64,000 nucleotides of DNA from contig OZ024758.1 in assembly GCA_964016885.1 (NCBI GenBank), positions 20,150,001 through 20,214,000 of the forward strand, written 5' to 3'. Positions within the stretch are counted from its first letter, which is position 1, and every line of letters starts with the position of its first letter. Source of the DNA: Eledone cirrhosa. Its lineage: Eukaryota. Below, piece after piece: positions 1-14,117 of this stretch. A model generated the notes under the pieces. The model had not been told where the DNA came from. It made no database searches and saw only the letters and a program-made list of their open reading frames with translations. Position numbers and translations under genes: made by a program.

Positions 1-338
1 TTTATCGATATGGGTTGTATTTTTTGAAAGTTGAATTACGCCCTTAAAACTTGAGACTAATACAATGTAATAAAACACAACGTCATCTTCATATGTAATC
101 GTGTTAGATACATGCATAGAAAGATAAGTTTAAAACATGAGGAATTGTAGAAAGCTTTGCATGTTTATTGGAAGAACATTCTGCATAATAATTTATTTTC
201 CTGATACGTGCAGTATATAAATATTGTCATCTTTATTTGATACTTCTTTATTTCTCTGGCACAAACAAACAAACACAGTCACACATTTGCAATGTTATCT
301 TCTCAAATATTTCTTGAAATTCTGTGACATGCAAAATC

Positions 339-373
339 ATATATATATATATATATATATACAGAGAGAGAGA

Positions 374-463
<90 letters not shown>
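339..463. repeat. Compound (TA)n-(GA)n microsatellite
   Basis: Seen directly. Confidence 0.95.
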
Positions 464-466
<3 letters not shown>

Positions 467-1119
467 TGGAATTGGAAATAGCACGGAACATATATTTAAT
501 GATCTGTTTTTCTTTTTTTCTTAGGCAAGGTGACATTATTAAAAAAAAAAGAGGGACAATTCATTTAAAAAAAATATTCCCCTGCATATTAACTCTCTAA
601 AAAGGGAAATCATATGATACCCCAGACTACCATTTGCCTCCATCATGGATCAACTAAGCACTCTTGCTATATTAACACATTTTGATCTACTTATCTTCAA
701 GAACTATGGTTGTAAATAACATTATTTTTTGTTTCACATTGCCATATTATGTTCCACATTACGCCCATTCTTTTTATTTTTTTTTATTTTCACTTCATAA
801 ATCTTGTTTGTAAATAATATTATTCTTTCTGCACCATTTCTTTAACATGTCCACCACCACCATTTTACACCAATACATATTATTATCATTTGATAATGTA
901 TAAAAATACTGAAACCGGTAATAGACAAATATTAAATATATAAATAAATAAATAAATGTCATTGTTAATTAATAAATAAATCAAGTAATACCCTAACACT
1001 TCACACAAAGTAAACTGTTTCGTTTTAATCATGTTCTAACACCCCAAAAAGAGAGAAAAAAATAAAAAGGAACAAAATATATTTGTCTTCCTAATAATCG
1101 TCTTTTTCTCCCTCTTTTC

Positions 1120-1185
<66 letters not shown>

Positions 1186-1324
1186 GTGTGTGTGTGTGTT
1201 TGTGTGTATGTGTGTGTGGGAGGGACGTGTGTCTGTGTGTCTGTGTGTGGGTGTTTGATGGCAGCTAAGATGCGTCCATAGGCCGGTTGAGCACTCTATG
1301 CTATATATATATATACACAGACAT

Positions 1325-1378
<54 letters not shown>

Positions 1379-1403
1379 GTGTGTGTGTGCGTGTGTGCGT
1401 GTG

Positions 1404-1545
1404 TGAAGGCGCGGGGTTGTGTTGTACGAGAAGTTGTGACTTCGATTCCTGAAGCGGGCGATGCGTTATGTCCTTGAGCAAGACACTTTATTTCTCGTTG
1501 CTCCCTCTACCTAGAGATGCAACCGATAGACATTATTAGCAAGTA
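1404..1545 (+). mobile_element. tRNA-derived CORE-type SINE
   Basis: B box ttcgattcc and CORE-like gttatgtccttgagcaagacactttatttc. Confidence 0.7.
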
Positions 1546-2850
1546 GAGAGACGAATACATATATGAGAGGGACGGCACTGTAAAATCCCGACTTCGGTGC
1601 CAACTGGTTTAGGCTTGTGTGCTTAGCAATCCTATAACTTCCCCATGTATCGAGTACTCACATGATCAGTGATCTCGTGCACCTCAGCACCATGCATCAT
1701 ACGTTCACTAAGGGGTTAAGGAACCATTTGCAATCACGAACTGTCACGGATGTCTTCTTGACCCTTCCATCGTTGATCCGGGAAAAGATCCATGGTGTTT
1801 CAGCCGAAAACAGAGAGTGATATATCTGTATGAGGCGATATATTCTGTTATGGACTCCGAAATTATAAAAAAAGTGTTATGGCTGCTTAATCGGCTGTCC
1901 TATTCAAATAACTATAACATACTTCTATTTATTGCTTATGATTGATCGTAGGATTATTCAATGTTAGCAGCGCATAGCTGTCCTCGGAGCGAATGAGTTT
2001 AAGCAATCCGTAAACATTAAAAATGTTAACATTGAATCTATATGCTTATGCATATTTGTGTTCGTTTCTGAAACTATGTGTTTGTCTTTTAAATATAAGT
2101 TCATATTTTTCCGCGTATGGGTGTCTTTTATATAACCGGGTGTGTGTTTATGCTTATATATCTCTGTGTGCATGTGTATGAGTGAGAAACATACCTAACT
2201 TACAAACGTTATTTAGTATAAGCAGCGAGGAAGGTAGTGTAATTTGCTATTCAATTAATTGCTTTGAAAAGAATATATTTTACGAAATTCGTGAATCATG
2301 TAACAACAACAGCTTTAGAATCGTTAGTTTGAATCCTAGAAAGTGAATTATGAATTAGATTCCGTTTCTATCCAATCATAAAAAAAAATCCTTCTTCGCC
2401 AAATTTATCGATACATATTACATAACATCTGACTATAAATAGTGATGCGTTTCTTTTTTCTCATTGCAAAGAGCAGAAAGGTATATGCCTTGGGGAAGTT
2501 TAATGTGTAGTAAGGTTGGAATGATCCATACTGTATATCAATCTATATTGGGAGTCAATCACTTAGTAGATCCTTTGAAGGAGAAAAACTTGTAAATAAT
2601 ATTATGTTAAGGTCAAAAGTCTATTTAAATGTTGATTTGTTTCAGGCTGTTTAACATCTCAATAAATCAGATGGCAGTATGAAATAGAGTTAAAGAAATA
2701 TGTGACAATATTTCGATAATATGCTTGAAGCAAAATATTGGAATTATTTGGTATGTGAACGTCTAATAAATGCTCACACGTATACTTGTATACTAAATAA
2801 AGGATATGAAGGCAACTGCTACATTTAAATCGTTATATATATATATAATG

Positions 2851-3060
2851 TAAAAGGTAATCAGAAATAACATCAGATTCGGTACAGTATATGGACGGGA
2901 TATATTAGGTTAACGTTTGATAAGCAGGATAAGAGGGTCTTAACGTTTTGGACGCTAGTCATTCATCAGAAGAAATAATGAGAAATAAGATAGATTGAGG
3001 GGACGGGTTGGTTGGAATCGGATAAAATGCCTTTTGATAAAAATAACCGGTCCTTTCATG
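2851..3060 (-). mobile_element. PLE-terminus-like fragment, family G, with degenerate hammerhead at 2938-2973
   Basis: Similar to 59480-59712, 55110-55196 and 61088-61150. Minus strand reads UCUU CUGAUGA augacuagcgucc AAAAC GUU AAGA (G12 mutated). Lies next to a TA run. Confidence 0.6.
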
Positions 3061-3062
3061 TT

Positions 3063-3207
<145 letters not shown>

Positions 3208-3824
3208 TTTTTGCAACCTCATACTAGCTAAAGCAAATAAAACACACCATATTGACAGATCCACCATGACCCACAGGATAAAGTGGGAAGCGTTGCTGTG
3301 TATAACGTTCAGGAATATGTACGCGGATATTATTCCATACAAATTCAGAGATATCTCTGAGCTGCCCATAGACGTTGCCACTGAGTGAGGAAAATTCAGT
3401 TAGTTTCAAAACGAGGCGTTAAAGATTGTGGGCAAAAGCAACTTTGTGTGGCATAAGAAATCCTTGGTCCAATTACTAGGTTAAATATGCCATACAGGCA
3501 ATGAAAGATACTAAGAGTGTAACCCATTGCTCCATACACCTGGTAGTCTACCACTATTGGTCTGTGGTTACACTTTCGGCGGCGAGCAGTAGACTTTATA
3601 TGTCGCAACTAATCATCATATCCAGTGAACGTATCGCTCCCCACCTTTTCACCTTCTGTGACATGTTCTCTAGCTTGAAAGAACATTGTCTGCTGCGTAT
3701 ATATGTATAAAGGTGTGTGTATGTGTATATATATATGTGCGTGTATACATATGTGTGTATGTGTATGTGTTTATATATGTGTGTGTGTATATATATGTGT
3801 ATATGTGTATGTGTGTATATATAT

Positions 3825-3870
<46 letters not shown>

Positions 3871-3918
3871 TTCTATATATGTATATATGTATATATGTGA
3901 GTATATATATGTGTGTGT

Positions 3919-3957
<39 letters not shown>

Positions 3958-3970
3958 ACACACACACACG

Positions 3971-4001
<31 letters not shown>

Positions 4002-4023
4002 CTATATATATATATACACACAC

Positions 4024-4232
4024 ATGGCTGGGTGGTTAGAGATTTGGATTCGCAATCGTGAGGTTGTGAGTTCGATTCCTGGATAAGGCGAAGCGTTATG
4101 TCCTTGAGCAAGACACTTTATTTCACGTTGCTCCTTTTACCTGCAGTTGCGGCCGATAGATAGTATTAGCAATTGGAAAGACTAACGGAAACATTGTTTC
4201 CTCGGTCCGATTTGACGAAAGTATATCGACTG

Positions 4233-4233
<1 letters not shown>
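4024..4233 (+). mobile_element. tRNA-derived CORE-type SINE
   Basis: A box tggctgggtgg, B box gttcgattcc, CORE-like gtccttgagcaagacacttta; 3' part shared with 16525-16745 and 19050-19330. Confidence 0.8.
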
Positions 4234-4275
<42 letters not shown>

Positions 4276-4277
<2 letters not shown>

Positions 4278-4790
4278 CGTTTCTGAATTTGTTTAGCAAT
4301 ATTCTTTATCTGAAATCGTGTGTTGAAACCGATATTGTTATACTTTGGGAGGGTCATGTTGCCAATAAGAAACACACGCACCAGTTGCTTTCACTTCAAT
4401 TTATTATTATAATAAATTTATAATAAATTTATAAATTTATCAATTTCTGGTTGGTTGGTTGGTTCCACAACCAGATAGTTGTTTATATATTGTCATAGTT
4501 CTTTCGTCACACACTCTGTGACCTCTTCAGTGACTGGGATTCCTTTCTTTGTTTCTGTGCCTCTCCTTTGTTCTGTCCTACGCCATTTTGTTTCTCAGAA
4601 ACTGAAGAGGTCACAGAGTGTGTGACGAAAGAACTATAACAATATATAAACAACTATCTGGTTGTGGAACCAACCAACCAACCAGAAATTTATAAATTTA
4701 TAAATTTATTATAAATTTATTATAATAATAAATTGAAGTGAAACAACTGGTGCGTGTGTTTCTTATTGGCAACATGACCCTCCCAAAGTA

Positions 4791-4794
<4 letters not shown>
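4276..4794. mobile_element. Fold-back PLE-terminus-like element, family A (tail 4276-4336; arms 4337-4531 and 4601-4794; 69-bp spacer), inside (TA)n
   Basis: Arm gttatactttgggagggtcatgttgccaataag...acctcttcagt is the near-exact reverse complement of actgaagaggt...cttattggcaacatgaccctcccaaagtataac, with a few indels. (TA)n lies on both sides and each arm holds a hammerhead core. Confidence 0.8.
4492..4534 (-). ncRNA. Minimal type I hammerhead ribozyme (family A)
   Basis: Minus strand reads GUCA CUGAAGA G GUCACA gagug UGUGAC GAAAG aa CUA/ UGAC: stem I GUCA/UGAC, 6-bp stem II, 2-bp stem III, CUA triplet, one extra G after the core. The plus-strand mirror at 4602-4640 lacks the stem I 5' strand. 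Confidence 0.7.
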
Positions 4795-4868
<74 letters not shown>

Positions 4869-5508
4869 TATATAATTTATTATTTATTCATACGTGTACA
4901 AACATGTACACTGTAGTACTATGTACATGTATCTCTGAATATACATTAATACATAGTGACAGTTTTCTTGCTTATTTCATCTGGTAGTTTTGTTACATAA
5001 TCATTGATTTCTGATGATGAACAGTTAGATTTATAACGCTGCAGTTGAGAGTTCACAAGATTGAATCTAACGGCTGAAATAACAGACTAAGTCTAGCATA
5101 AAACGCGAGAAAAAAAAATCTTTATTTTGCTGTATATAACTTCCTATAAACCTATACGTAGATTTAATATAACATTTTTAAAACATGTTTATTTTTGGAG
5201 TTCGAATACATTTATGCACATGTGTATATCATAGATCAAAGGCAGTTCGTGGACCCATTTCAATCATGAAGCACAAAATTGCTCGAACCAACCTAAATAT
5301 GTTACATATATATGTTTACTGAAAATGTATGAGATTTATTTATATATAATAGTAGCAAACATACACAAACTCCAATTGTATCGTATATATATGTGTCTAA
5401 TATCATCTTCACTAATACATGCAATACCTATGTACACATATACACACACTTTCAGTACGACACCGCTACACGGGTAAACACAGCTATCGATATGAATACT
5501 TTACTATA

Positions 5509-5566
<58 letters not shown>

Positions 5567-6052
5567 TCATAAATACATGTGTGTGTATGTGTGTGAGTGT
5601 GTGGATAGATTTGAATTATCACACAATAATTCCGTGTAAGCATGCATAAGTTTTCTATGTATGTGTACATGCATGTATGTGTACATACATAAATATTTTG
5701 CATGCATCCATGAATTGATGCGAGAAGCTTAAGGCTCTTAAATTTTATTGAATTTTTCGTTCGATTTATGCATGTAAGAAATATTCCATAAAAATACAAA
5801 ACGAAAATATGTATACACGTAATTGAAAGGTGAAGAAAAATGGAGGTATGAAATTTCGCTATAATCCAAGTAGATTCTATAAGAGTAATACCTATCTATC
5901 TCCGAGATATGAAAACTCAGATAAATGTCTGTTATTCATTCGCCGGGATGAATATATTGGTAATGCTTACAAACCAAACTGAGAGAAAAACTGGAGTTAC
6001 GCATATGAAAGGAATGGCTTGGTATTAATCTGAAAGCTCGAGTATTAATAAG

Positions 6053-6955
6053 GGTTCTGATTTAGGTACAAGGCCAAGAATTTTAGGAGAGGGAAACATC
6101 CATTAAATTGACCCGAGTGCGTTACTGGTGTTTCCTTTTATCGACCCCCGTAACGATGAAAGCTAATCTAACATCGGTGGAATTCGAGCTCACAATGTAA
6201 AGGGACGTAACAATATGCCACAAAGCATACTAAGATACGCGCTAACGGTACTGCCATTCCACCGTCCAAAATTTACTTATATCAACACTAGCCGATAGTA
6301 ATTGTAGCATTACTAGTGCTTTATTTCATCGAACCCCGTAAGGATGAAACGCGAAGCTAACCCGTATGGGATTTTTATTCAGACTGTAAAATGCCTTAAC
6401 TCTGTGCTGCAAAGCATGGCGTTCGATTCTCTAATTATTCTGTCAATCCCTCGCCGTACAAGACGATGACGATGATGATGATGATCATGATGATGATGAT
6501 GACCGCCATTTCTACTATAGGCACAAGGCCAGTTGTTTGGGGGAAGGGAAAAGTCGATTAATCTAACCCTAGTGAATTACCGGTGTTTTATTTAATCGAC
6601 CCTCGTAAGGATGCAATGCAAGGCTAACCTCGGCGGGATTTGAATTTCAGATCGTGAGATGCCATACCTCTCTGCAACAAAGGATGTTTCCCGACGTCTG
6701 TCAATGCTGTCCATCCATCGCCCCAGCTCGTGTATTATAATAATATTTAATTTTGGCACAGGATGGTAAATATGGGGGACGGGCAAAGTGGAGAAAATTA
6801 ACCTCAGCATTTGCCTGGTACTTTACATTTTCGCCACCGGAATGATGAAATGTAAAGCTGATCAAGTCGGGATTTTAATTCAGAATGTATAGCACCAGAA
6901 CAAAACCACAATGCTCTTCTTTCCAATGCTCCACCGATTATGCCAATCACACACC
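6053..6955 (-). mobile_element. Four old head-to-tail Nin/Deu-domain SINE copies
   Basis: Repeated degenerate ggcacaaggcc...ctggtactttattttatcgaccccgtaaggatgaaa...aacctcggcgggatttgaactcag. Confidence 0.75.
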
Positions 6956-9063
6956 CTCTCGGGTTGCAACATTAAATAGTATTAGAAACGAGAAACAATT
7001 TGAATATAGATGAAAACTTTGGTGAGAGAATATGAAGAGATAAAATGTGGGATTGAAAAGGTAAATGAAACATTGAAAATGTATGTTAAATGTATGTAGT
7101 AATGCATTTTGAGTTGAGTCTTTAGTGTGCAGTCATAAGCTTCTCAGCCGGACGCAGCCTGTCGCTCTCTAGTTGTCACTACGACAGTTTTCTTTCAGCA
7201 AATAATAGAGAGAGAGAAAGTGGGAAATAGATTTAGAAAAATATTGATTACAGCACATGGCCAATACTTCATTTATATATCCCGAGAGCATGATATGCAT
7301 AGTCAAAATCGCTGGAATTTGAAATAAGATTTTAGAGACCCAAAGAGAATCCTGTACAGCATTACATCTCATGAACTAACACCTCCAGCAAATCACCCCG
7401 TGCAGTTTATGAGGTTGCGAAAGAGCAAAATAATAAAAAAAATAAAATAAAATAACCAGATAAAGTACGCTCTATAAAAGCTGGTGCTTCACCTTGTCAA
7501 ATTATTTTCTACACTTTTCCTCATCTGGAAGCTTGAAAGGCGAAATGGCGTGAGCAGAAAGCTTTAGCTCGAAAACAATTCTCACGCACATATACGCATA
7601 TGACTGTGTGTATGTGTGTATGTCTTGCTTTTCGAAAGTAAGATGCATATACAAAGGAGAAAGAGAGAAATAGAGAGACAAAGACATAGAGAGAGATGAG
7701 AAGAGAGAGAGAGAGAGTTGTAGAGAGAGAGAGAGAGAGAGGGATAGAGAAAAAGAATGAAATAGAGGGAGGGACTGAGAAAGAAAGAAAATGGAGAGTG
7801 AAAAATAGAGGTAGTGAAGTGTCTTAACTAGATGGCTGATTGGTCAGAATATATGCATGCTTTGATAGCGTTGAATGGATGAACAAGTTGATTGCGTGAA
7901 AAGATAAGATGACTGAGAATGATACATTATTATTAGTTATCATGAGATCAGAAATATTGGACCAGGCGTATGATCAAAGGAATTCCAGCCGTGACCATCT
8001 AAATATTCTAAAATATACACATTGTACATATTTGAATTGCAATATGAATAAAGCTGTACATCAAGTAAAGACGACTGAACCACTGAACAGGAATTCAATC
8101 AAGTACCATTGAATATTTGGAAACACAATTGCAAAATAAATTCTACATTAATTGAAATGTCTTTTATATTTAAGGAAATGTAGAGAATGTCTGCTTATAT
8201 ATGTTAGTGTTATGTTTGTCCTTCATTTACATCTAAAGGTGAATTACGACTCTTGATCAGAGCTGCATTGTCCACTCAGGCATATACGGTTAATTTATAT
8301 TCCTATATAGTGGTGATTGTTACTACACCAGGCCATTTTCTCAAATCTATCATGTATAAACTGACATTAGAGTGGAACAGATTCTGCGTTTACTAGAGGT
8401 CTTGGCTGGATTCTTATTCACTCTGTGATAAGACTTAGGTCATCGATATAGTGTCGGACTGTAGAAAAGAGAGTATAACCATAAATATGGGACCTTTCAT
8501 GAGGTAATGTTTAACCATGTCTGTCGGTCGGCTTTTGTAATTATAAGTCAATACTGCAGCATATTGTCAAGGGTTGCTGGGCCAAAGGCCAAGATAATTT
8601 GTAAGCAGACTGTTTTGATATGGACCAGCAGTTAAGAAAGAAACGTGGACAAATGTATAAAGAGTTGGTTAGACAGACACACAAAACTGTTGAAATATTG
8701 GACAAAGCTGCAAGTTGCGTACAGTGTTTCAATAATATTCAAGCAATTGACTGAGGGTTTTACCTCCGTTTTAAAAGGAATAGATTGAATCATCTGCATC
8801 TTGTAGAATATATACTCTCAACAGAAAATAAGACCCATTTTTTAGGCAAAATATTTAGATACGATTTCAGTATAGTTCACGTTCTACAGAAATATTGTGA
8901 GTCTGTTATATCTACAGAAACGATTATACAGTGAAGCGGTGTGGGAGCATACTTTCACAAATGTTTCACCACAACGAGATACGTTGGCATACATGACACC
9001 TATTTAGATAAGGAGAATAACAATATTGCGACCCTATCATTTACAATAATGATTTCCGCAGTA

Positions 9064-9127
9064 ATATTATTATTATTATTATTAGTAGTAGTAGTAGTAG
9101 TAGTTGTAGTAGTGGTAGTAGCTGTGT

Positions 9128-9183
<56 letters not shown>

Positions 9184-9211
9184 ATAGTAGTAGTACTAGT
9201 AGTAGTAGTAG
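9064..9211. repeat. (TTA)n-(GTA)n trinucleotide microsatellite
   Basis: Seen directly. Confidence 0.95.
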
Positions 9212-10056
9212 ACTACAATGGAAACGAACTTTGTAACAAGCACTATTAACTTACTCCACCTTATGTTCTCAAGACATATTGGAATTTGGTAGTTTTCCCA
9301 TTCCCTTTCCATTTGACAGATATGCTCACTAAAATAACTGATTTGTTTTAAATTGACTTCACCTTTTCACATAAATGGGTGCCATTGGTCAAAATTTCAT
9401 TGTCAATAAAATGTCTCTTGGCAGAAAAGTGTGATTGATGTATGCAGTATTTAATATATATTCTGCACCCCTTCGATTCTTAGTTCAACTCTGTCATGCG
9501 TCTACGAAATAAACTTTAATTCATCCTTAAATTTGTATCATATGACATTAAAAGAAATCATAAATATTATTATAGAAATGGCAAAAGTATTGGATTCAGC
9601 GAGATATCACAAAGTCTAAGCACTGCGACGAATTCTTCGAATACAATACCGATAAATATTATATTGGCTCTCTCGCTAGCCTCATTGTACCTTATATTTA
9701 ATATAGATTTATTTATCGAATAATAATGATTTCTATAGTCAAATAATATAGAATGATTTTTATAGAATTTTTTTTATTTCAGTTGCCTATGATGGTGATT
9801 ATGATCATGCAACTAGTACTAACAATAACAGTATTTTAGAATGGGTTGGGGGCTATCACTTAGTATAGTTTGTAACTAAGACGGATACAGTTTACGCGTG
9901 TGCGATGTGTAATGGTGGAACAGTGTATATGCATATATGATTGTATTTATCTGTACATATCTGCCAATTCATATATCATGTTTATGTATATAGATAAACA
10001 CCAACACCATATATACAAATCTCTCATTGCCCTCCCTCTATCTATATTCTCATATA

Positions 10057-10107
<51 letters not shown>

Positions 10108-10109
<2 letters not shown>

Positions 10110-10504
10110 GATTTTAAACAAATGGAAACTATATTTATAAAACCATATTTATTTCATTATACATATTTCAGGGATACCATATTAAAAATATGGCATGCCT
10201 TCTTCAGATAAAATACAATATATAAGCAGTTTTATAAATAAATTTGACGTACCATAAATATTGATCAACTTCCATTTAAAAAGTCGGTTTGGTAGTGAAA
10301 TGTTTATAAATAGTTAGTGTTAAGCACAGTTAGAAAGAAAGAGGGAGAAAAGAAAGAAATGTATGTATAATGAAATAAATATGGTTTTATAAATATAGTT
10401 TCCATTTGTTTAATATCGTATATCTACTCCAAAACTTGTTGAGTGCTTTATATCAGTTATAAAATATTTACTCGTTGTAACCCAACAATTTTAAATAAAA
10501 CGTT

Positions 10505-10510
<6 letters not shown>
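10108..10510. mobile_element. Fold-back PLE-terminus-like element, family B (arms ~10108-10165 and ~10363-10420; tail ~10421-10510)
   Basis: Homologous to 25517-25990 and 51221-51676. Inverted arms, a ~90-bp unpaired tail ending ...aaataaaacgtttgca, and (TA)n on both sides. Confidence 0.8.
10150..10215 (-). ncRNA. Type I hammerhead ribozyme (family B)
   Basis: Minus strand: UAUUUUAU CUGAAGA AGGCAUGCCAUAUU uuu AAUAUGGUAUCCCU GAAAU augu AUA/ AUGAAAUA. 8-bp stem I, 14-position stem II with one mismatch, short stem III, AUA triplet. Confidence 0.75.
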
Positions 10511-10567
<57 letters not shown>

Positions 10568-10866
10568 TAAGTTCTCCACGCTTTTGTATATCTCCAATTC
10601 CATTTATGGGAACGGCTAGATGATGTAAAACGGAGTTTTTGTATCAAGATAAAGATCCGAAGGCATAGTATACATTTCCAATCATGTTAATCACGACACA
10701 TGTTTCAATAAGATATAGATCGATCGTGTAGCCATGATCGATTATCACTGATCTCGTGAGGTGAAAATGAATTGTCTTCAAATCCTTGATATGAGGGAGA
10801 AAATTAACGATGTTCGCTCAACACCGAGTGAACATAAGAGACTAAATATATATATATATATATAAA

Positions 10867-11331
10867 ATTAATAAAAATAATGAATAAAAACCAAAGAAAA
10901 CAGTTCCTTATATTAAAAAAATTATCATTTTACGATCGTTTCTAGGATATATATGTGTGTGTTGGCATGTATATCATATATATCTATGTAAATGTTTTAC
11001 AAACTATCAGAGGGAATACCTACACATATTTTCTGAAGACAGCATATATATGTGTAGGTATGTGTATTCCCTCTGGTAGTTTGTAAACATTATACATAGA
11101 TCTATATGATATACATACCAACACACCCATATATATCCTAGAAACGATCGTAAAATGATGAATTTTTTAATATAAGGAACTGTTCTTTGTTTTTATTCAT
11201 TATTTTTATTAATTTATCTTGACTCTGTTTTCCTGTGTTTTTCATCGAAAAATGTTGAATACATCTCTTTTCAAGATATTAGGAATACATTGAGTTCTTT
11301 ATACCGTATATTTTGGTAGATTTATCTACAC

Positions 11332-11335
<4 letters not shown>
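10867..11335. mobile_element. Fold-back PLE-terminus-like element, family C (arms ~10867-11029 and ~11046-11214; tail ~11215-11330)
   Basis: aattaataaaaataatgaataaaaac...cctacacatat is mirrored by atatgtgtagg...tttttattcattatttttattaatt. An unpaired tail follows and (TA)n flanks both sides. Confidence 0.75.
11028..11156 (+). ncRNA. Putative hammerhead ribozyme with very long helix II (family C)
   Basis: CUGAAGA at 11033-11039 and GAAAC gauc GUA at 11141-11152 (palindromic loop III). The ~100 nt between them can pair (atatatatgtgtaggtatgtgtat with atacataccaacacacccatatatat). Stem I is weak (UUU/AAA). Confidence 0.5.
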
Positions 11336-11368
<33 letters not shown>

Positions 11369-11389
11369 ACACACACACACACATATATA

Positions 11390-11451
<62 letters not shown>

Positions 11452-11682
11452 TATATAAATATATTGAAAAATTAGCTTGTGCTTTAAACTCAGCCAGCCT
11501 ATACTGTCTTTAGGACTCGTATACAAATTGAGAGTAATGGTATTTTAACCATCATCATTAACAACGATACACGAATCAGAATAGCCCAGCAGTAGGTAAC
11601 TGAACACACGACATGTGTTTTATCACCAATTTTGTTTCCATTACTACCTCTACCCACCATTCTCTATCTCTTTCTCATTTTA

Positions 11683-11718
11683 TTTACTGAAGAAGGATTA
11701 ACGTCCGAAATATTAAGA
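11683..11718 (+). ncRNA. Degenerate minimal hammerhead (family G-related PLE terminus)
   Basis: CUGAAGA A GGA uuaacg UCC GAAA UAUU AAGA. Similar to the minus-strand motifs at 2938-2973, 40188-40220 and 59544-59579; a TA tract follows ~30 bp downstream. Confidence 0.5.
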
Positions 11719-12379
11719 TTCGCTTCTTACTAATTCAAGCAATAAAAGAATATATATATATATATATTTATATATATATTTATATATACATATATTCATT
11801 GTTTTTGTATATTGGTGTGATGTTTTTCCGGTAACTTTTCGAATACACACAAACACAGACACTCCACACATACACACACATACACTCACATATATCGCTG
11901 TCATCGATTAGATAACATTTTATTATATAGATATAGAAAATAATTTAAGAATGTAGCTTTCATATTGTAACTAATAATGCAACTGATATTATTGTTGTTC
12001 AGTTTTTATTGCTATTATCGTTACTGTTGTTGTTTTGTGGTTATAGTATTTGTATTGTGAAGAAAAAATAATTTCCTAACAATAACTTCTACATGATAAC
12101 AATGTTTTATGAGTATACTTCCAAAGGTTTACCATAAAGCTTGTTTCCTTATTATCGATATTTACCTATATCTGCGTATCCGTTCTCTATATACATCTGT
12201 TTATGTGAATATGGCTTATGGATGTGTCTTTCGTTGAGTAGGAGACTGCACTGGTGGGGTGGGGTTATATATATATACATATAGATATATATATATAGTA
12301 TATATGAAGTGTAGGGTAGTCGCTCTCTCAGGGTGCTCGTCTCTCTCTCGTCTCTCTCTCTCGTCTCTCTCTCTCTCGT

Positions 12380-12411
<32 letters not shown>

Positions 12412-13045
12412 CCTCTCGTCACTCACTCACTCACGTCTCTCTCTCTCTCCCTCTCTCTCCCTCTATATATATACACAAATATATATATATATATATATGT
12501 AATATATATATATATATATGTATATATCTATATATATATATAAATATATTATATCTATATATATATATATATATATATATGTAAGTATACTGTGAGTGTG
12601 TGTGTGTTTCTATATACAAACACATATACACATAATCACTGACGTTCAAAGATACACTCACCATGAATACATACACGTGTGTATATGTGTCGGTTATATA
12701 TATTATACATGTGAAATAAAAATCTGGTGGATATTAAAATGTAAAGTGTGTGAGACCCATTGCATTTAGCGTTAATAATATTCGACAAGTAAATAAAAGT
12801 TTAGAAAATCGGGTAAAGTACACCTAAGAGCACAAACACGCGTAGGATAGGTGCTTTACGTGAATGATAATATCCATACAATGAATAATTGTTGTCCTCA
12901 TTTGGGGATCTTTACTCGATAATGACACCTGTTACTTGGCCTATTATTCTGGTAATATTGGGACATGCTCCCTTTAAACTTATATACGTGTATATATATA
13001 TATACACATATTGAAAATTGCAAACTCGACTGTCACCACATATCA

Positions 13046-13084
13046 TGAACCTGAAGATTGCGAAAGCATGAAAGTACTTGTTCA
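13046..13084 (+). ncRNA. Minimal type I hammerhead ribozyme in a PLE-like terminus (~13010-13258) ending at (TA)n
   Basis: UGAAC CUGAAGA uUGC gaaa GCAu GAAAG ua CUU/ GUUCA: 5-bp stem I, stem II with GAAA tetraloop and a U.U closing mismatch, palindromic AGUACU stem III. Confidence 0.7.
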
Positions 13085-13432
13085 ATTAACACTTAGAATT
13101 TAATATTCTATCATACTATTTCATTATAATACCATTATATATATTTTAAAGGATTGTAAATAAAACGAGTAAATCAGACAAAGTTGGAATTCCTCTTATT
13201 AATATAATCTTCTATACACAATGATACACACCCGTGTATATTTACCTATCTATATCTACTATATAGTATATATATATATATATATATATATAAATATATA
13301 TATATATTGATATATATATATATATATATTATGTATATATATATTTATATATATGTATATATGTGTGGGTGTGCGTGTGTGTGTGTGTTTAAATATGTGA
13401 GTGTGTGTTTGTGCGTGTGTGTGTGTGTTTAA

Positions 13433-13533
<101 letters not shown>

Positions 13534-14117
13534 GAGAATGAGATGGGGGAGAGATATGTGCTTGTGTGTTTGTGTATATATATTTCTGTGTGTAAGTTCT
13601 CGTGTGTGCATGTATGCGAATTCGATTTTCTGCGCGAAAGTATGTATATATATGCATTCATGCCTATATGTATGTATGTATATATGTGTTTATGGGTATC
13701 ACCCTGCCTTAGACATCGATAATGTAGATATAAATGTGGTATGTTGTAGTTGGTATATGTAGAAAACCTTGTGTGTAGTTCTTGGCTGATGCTCTGCAGC
13801 TATTGATAGAATTTATTATTTATGAAAAATATCAATAAAACTTCCAACTCTGGTATTATTGTCGCTCATATTGCAGTTGCTGCTAAAACCTTTAGACTAC
13901 TTTAGAGATGAAGCGACTGCTACCTTCTAAATCACTGATTATTTTCAACGCTCTCTGTATATACATGTCTCCGCATCTTTTTATATATTATTATTAATTT
14001 CGTTGGTCTGAGTGTGGCCGTGTGTGTAGTTGTGGTGTATCTATGCATCAATTGAGTGTGTATAGATTGGAGATAGGGTTTCGATCTGCTACTTTATCTT
14101 AAATTTAAAACATTTAC

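Noticed and set aside
2636-2757. Possible exon between tttgtttcag and gtatgt
   Set aside because: All three frames contain stop codons.
4024-4090. tRNA gene-like A and B boxes (also in other SINE heads)
   Set aside because: No closed cloverleaf, and the sequence continues into the CORE or Nin SINE body.
7100-7850. Possible promoter or 5' UTR (GA-rich tract, ATTGG at ~7839)
   Set aside because: Such short motifs are expected by chance, and no linked coding exon was found.
8941-9249. ORF with a poly-Leu/poly-Val transmembrane-like stretch
   Set aside because: It is the (TTA)n(GTA)n microsatellite.
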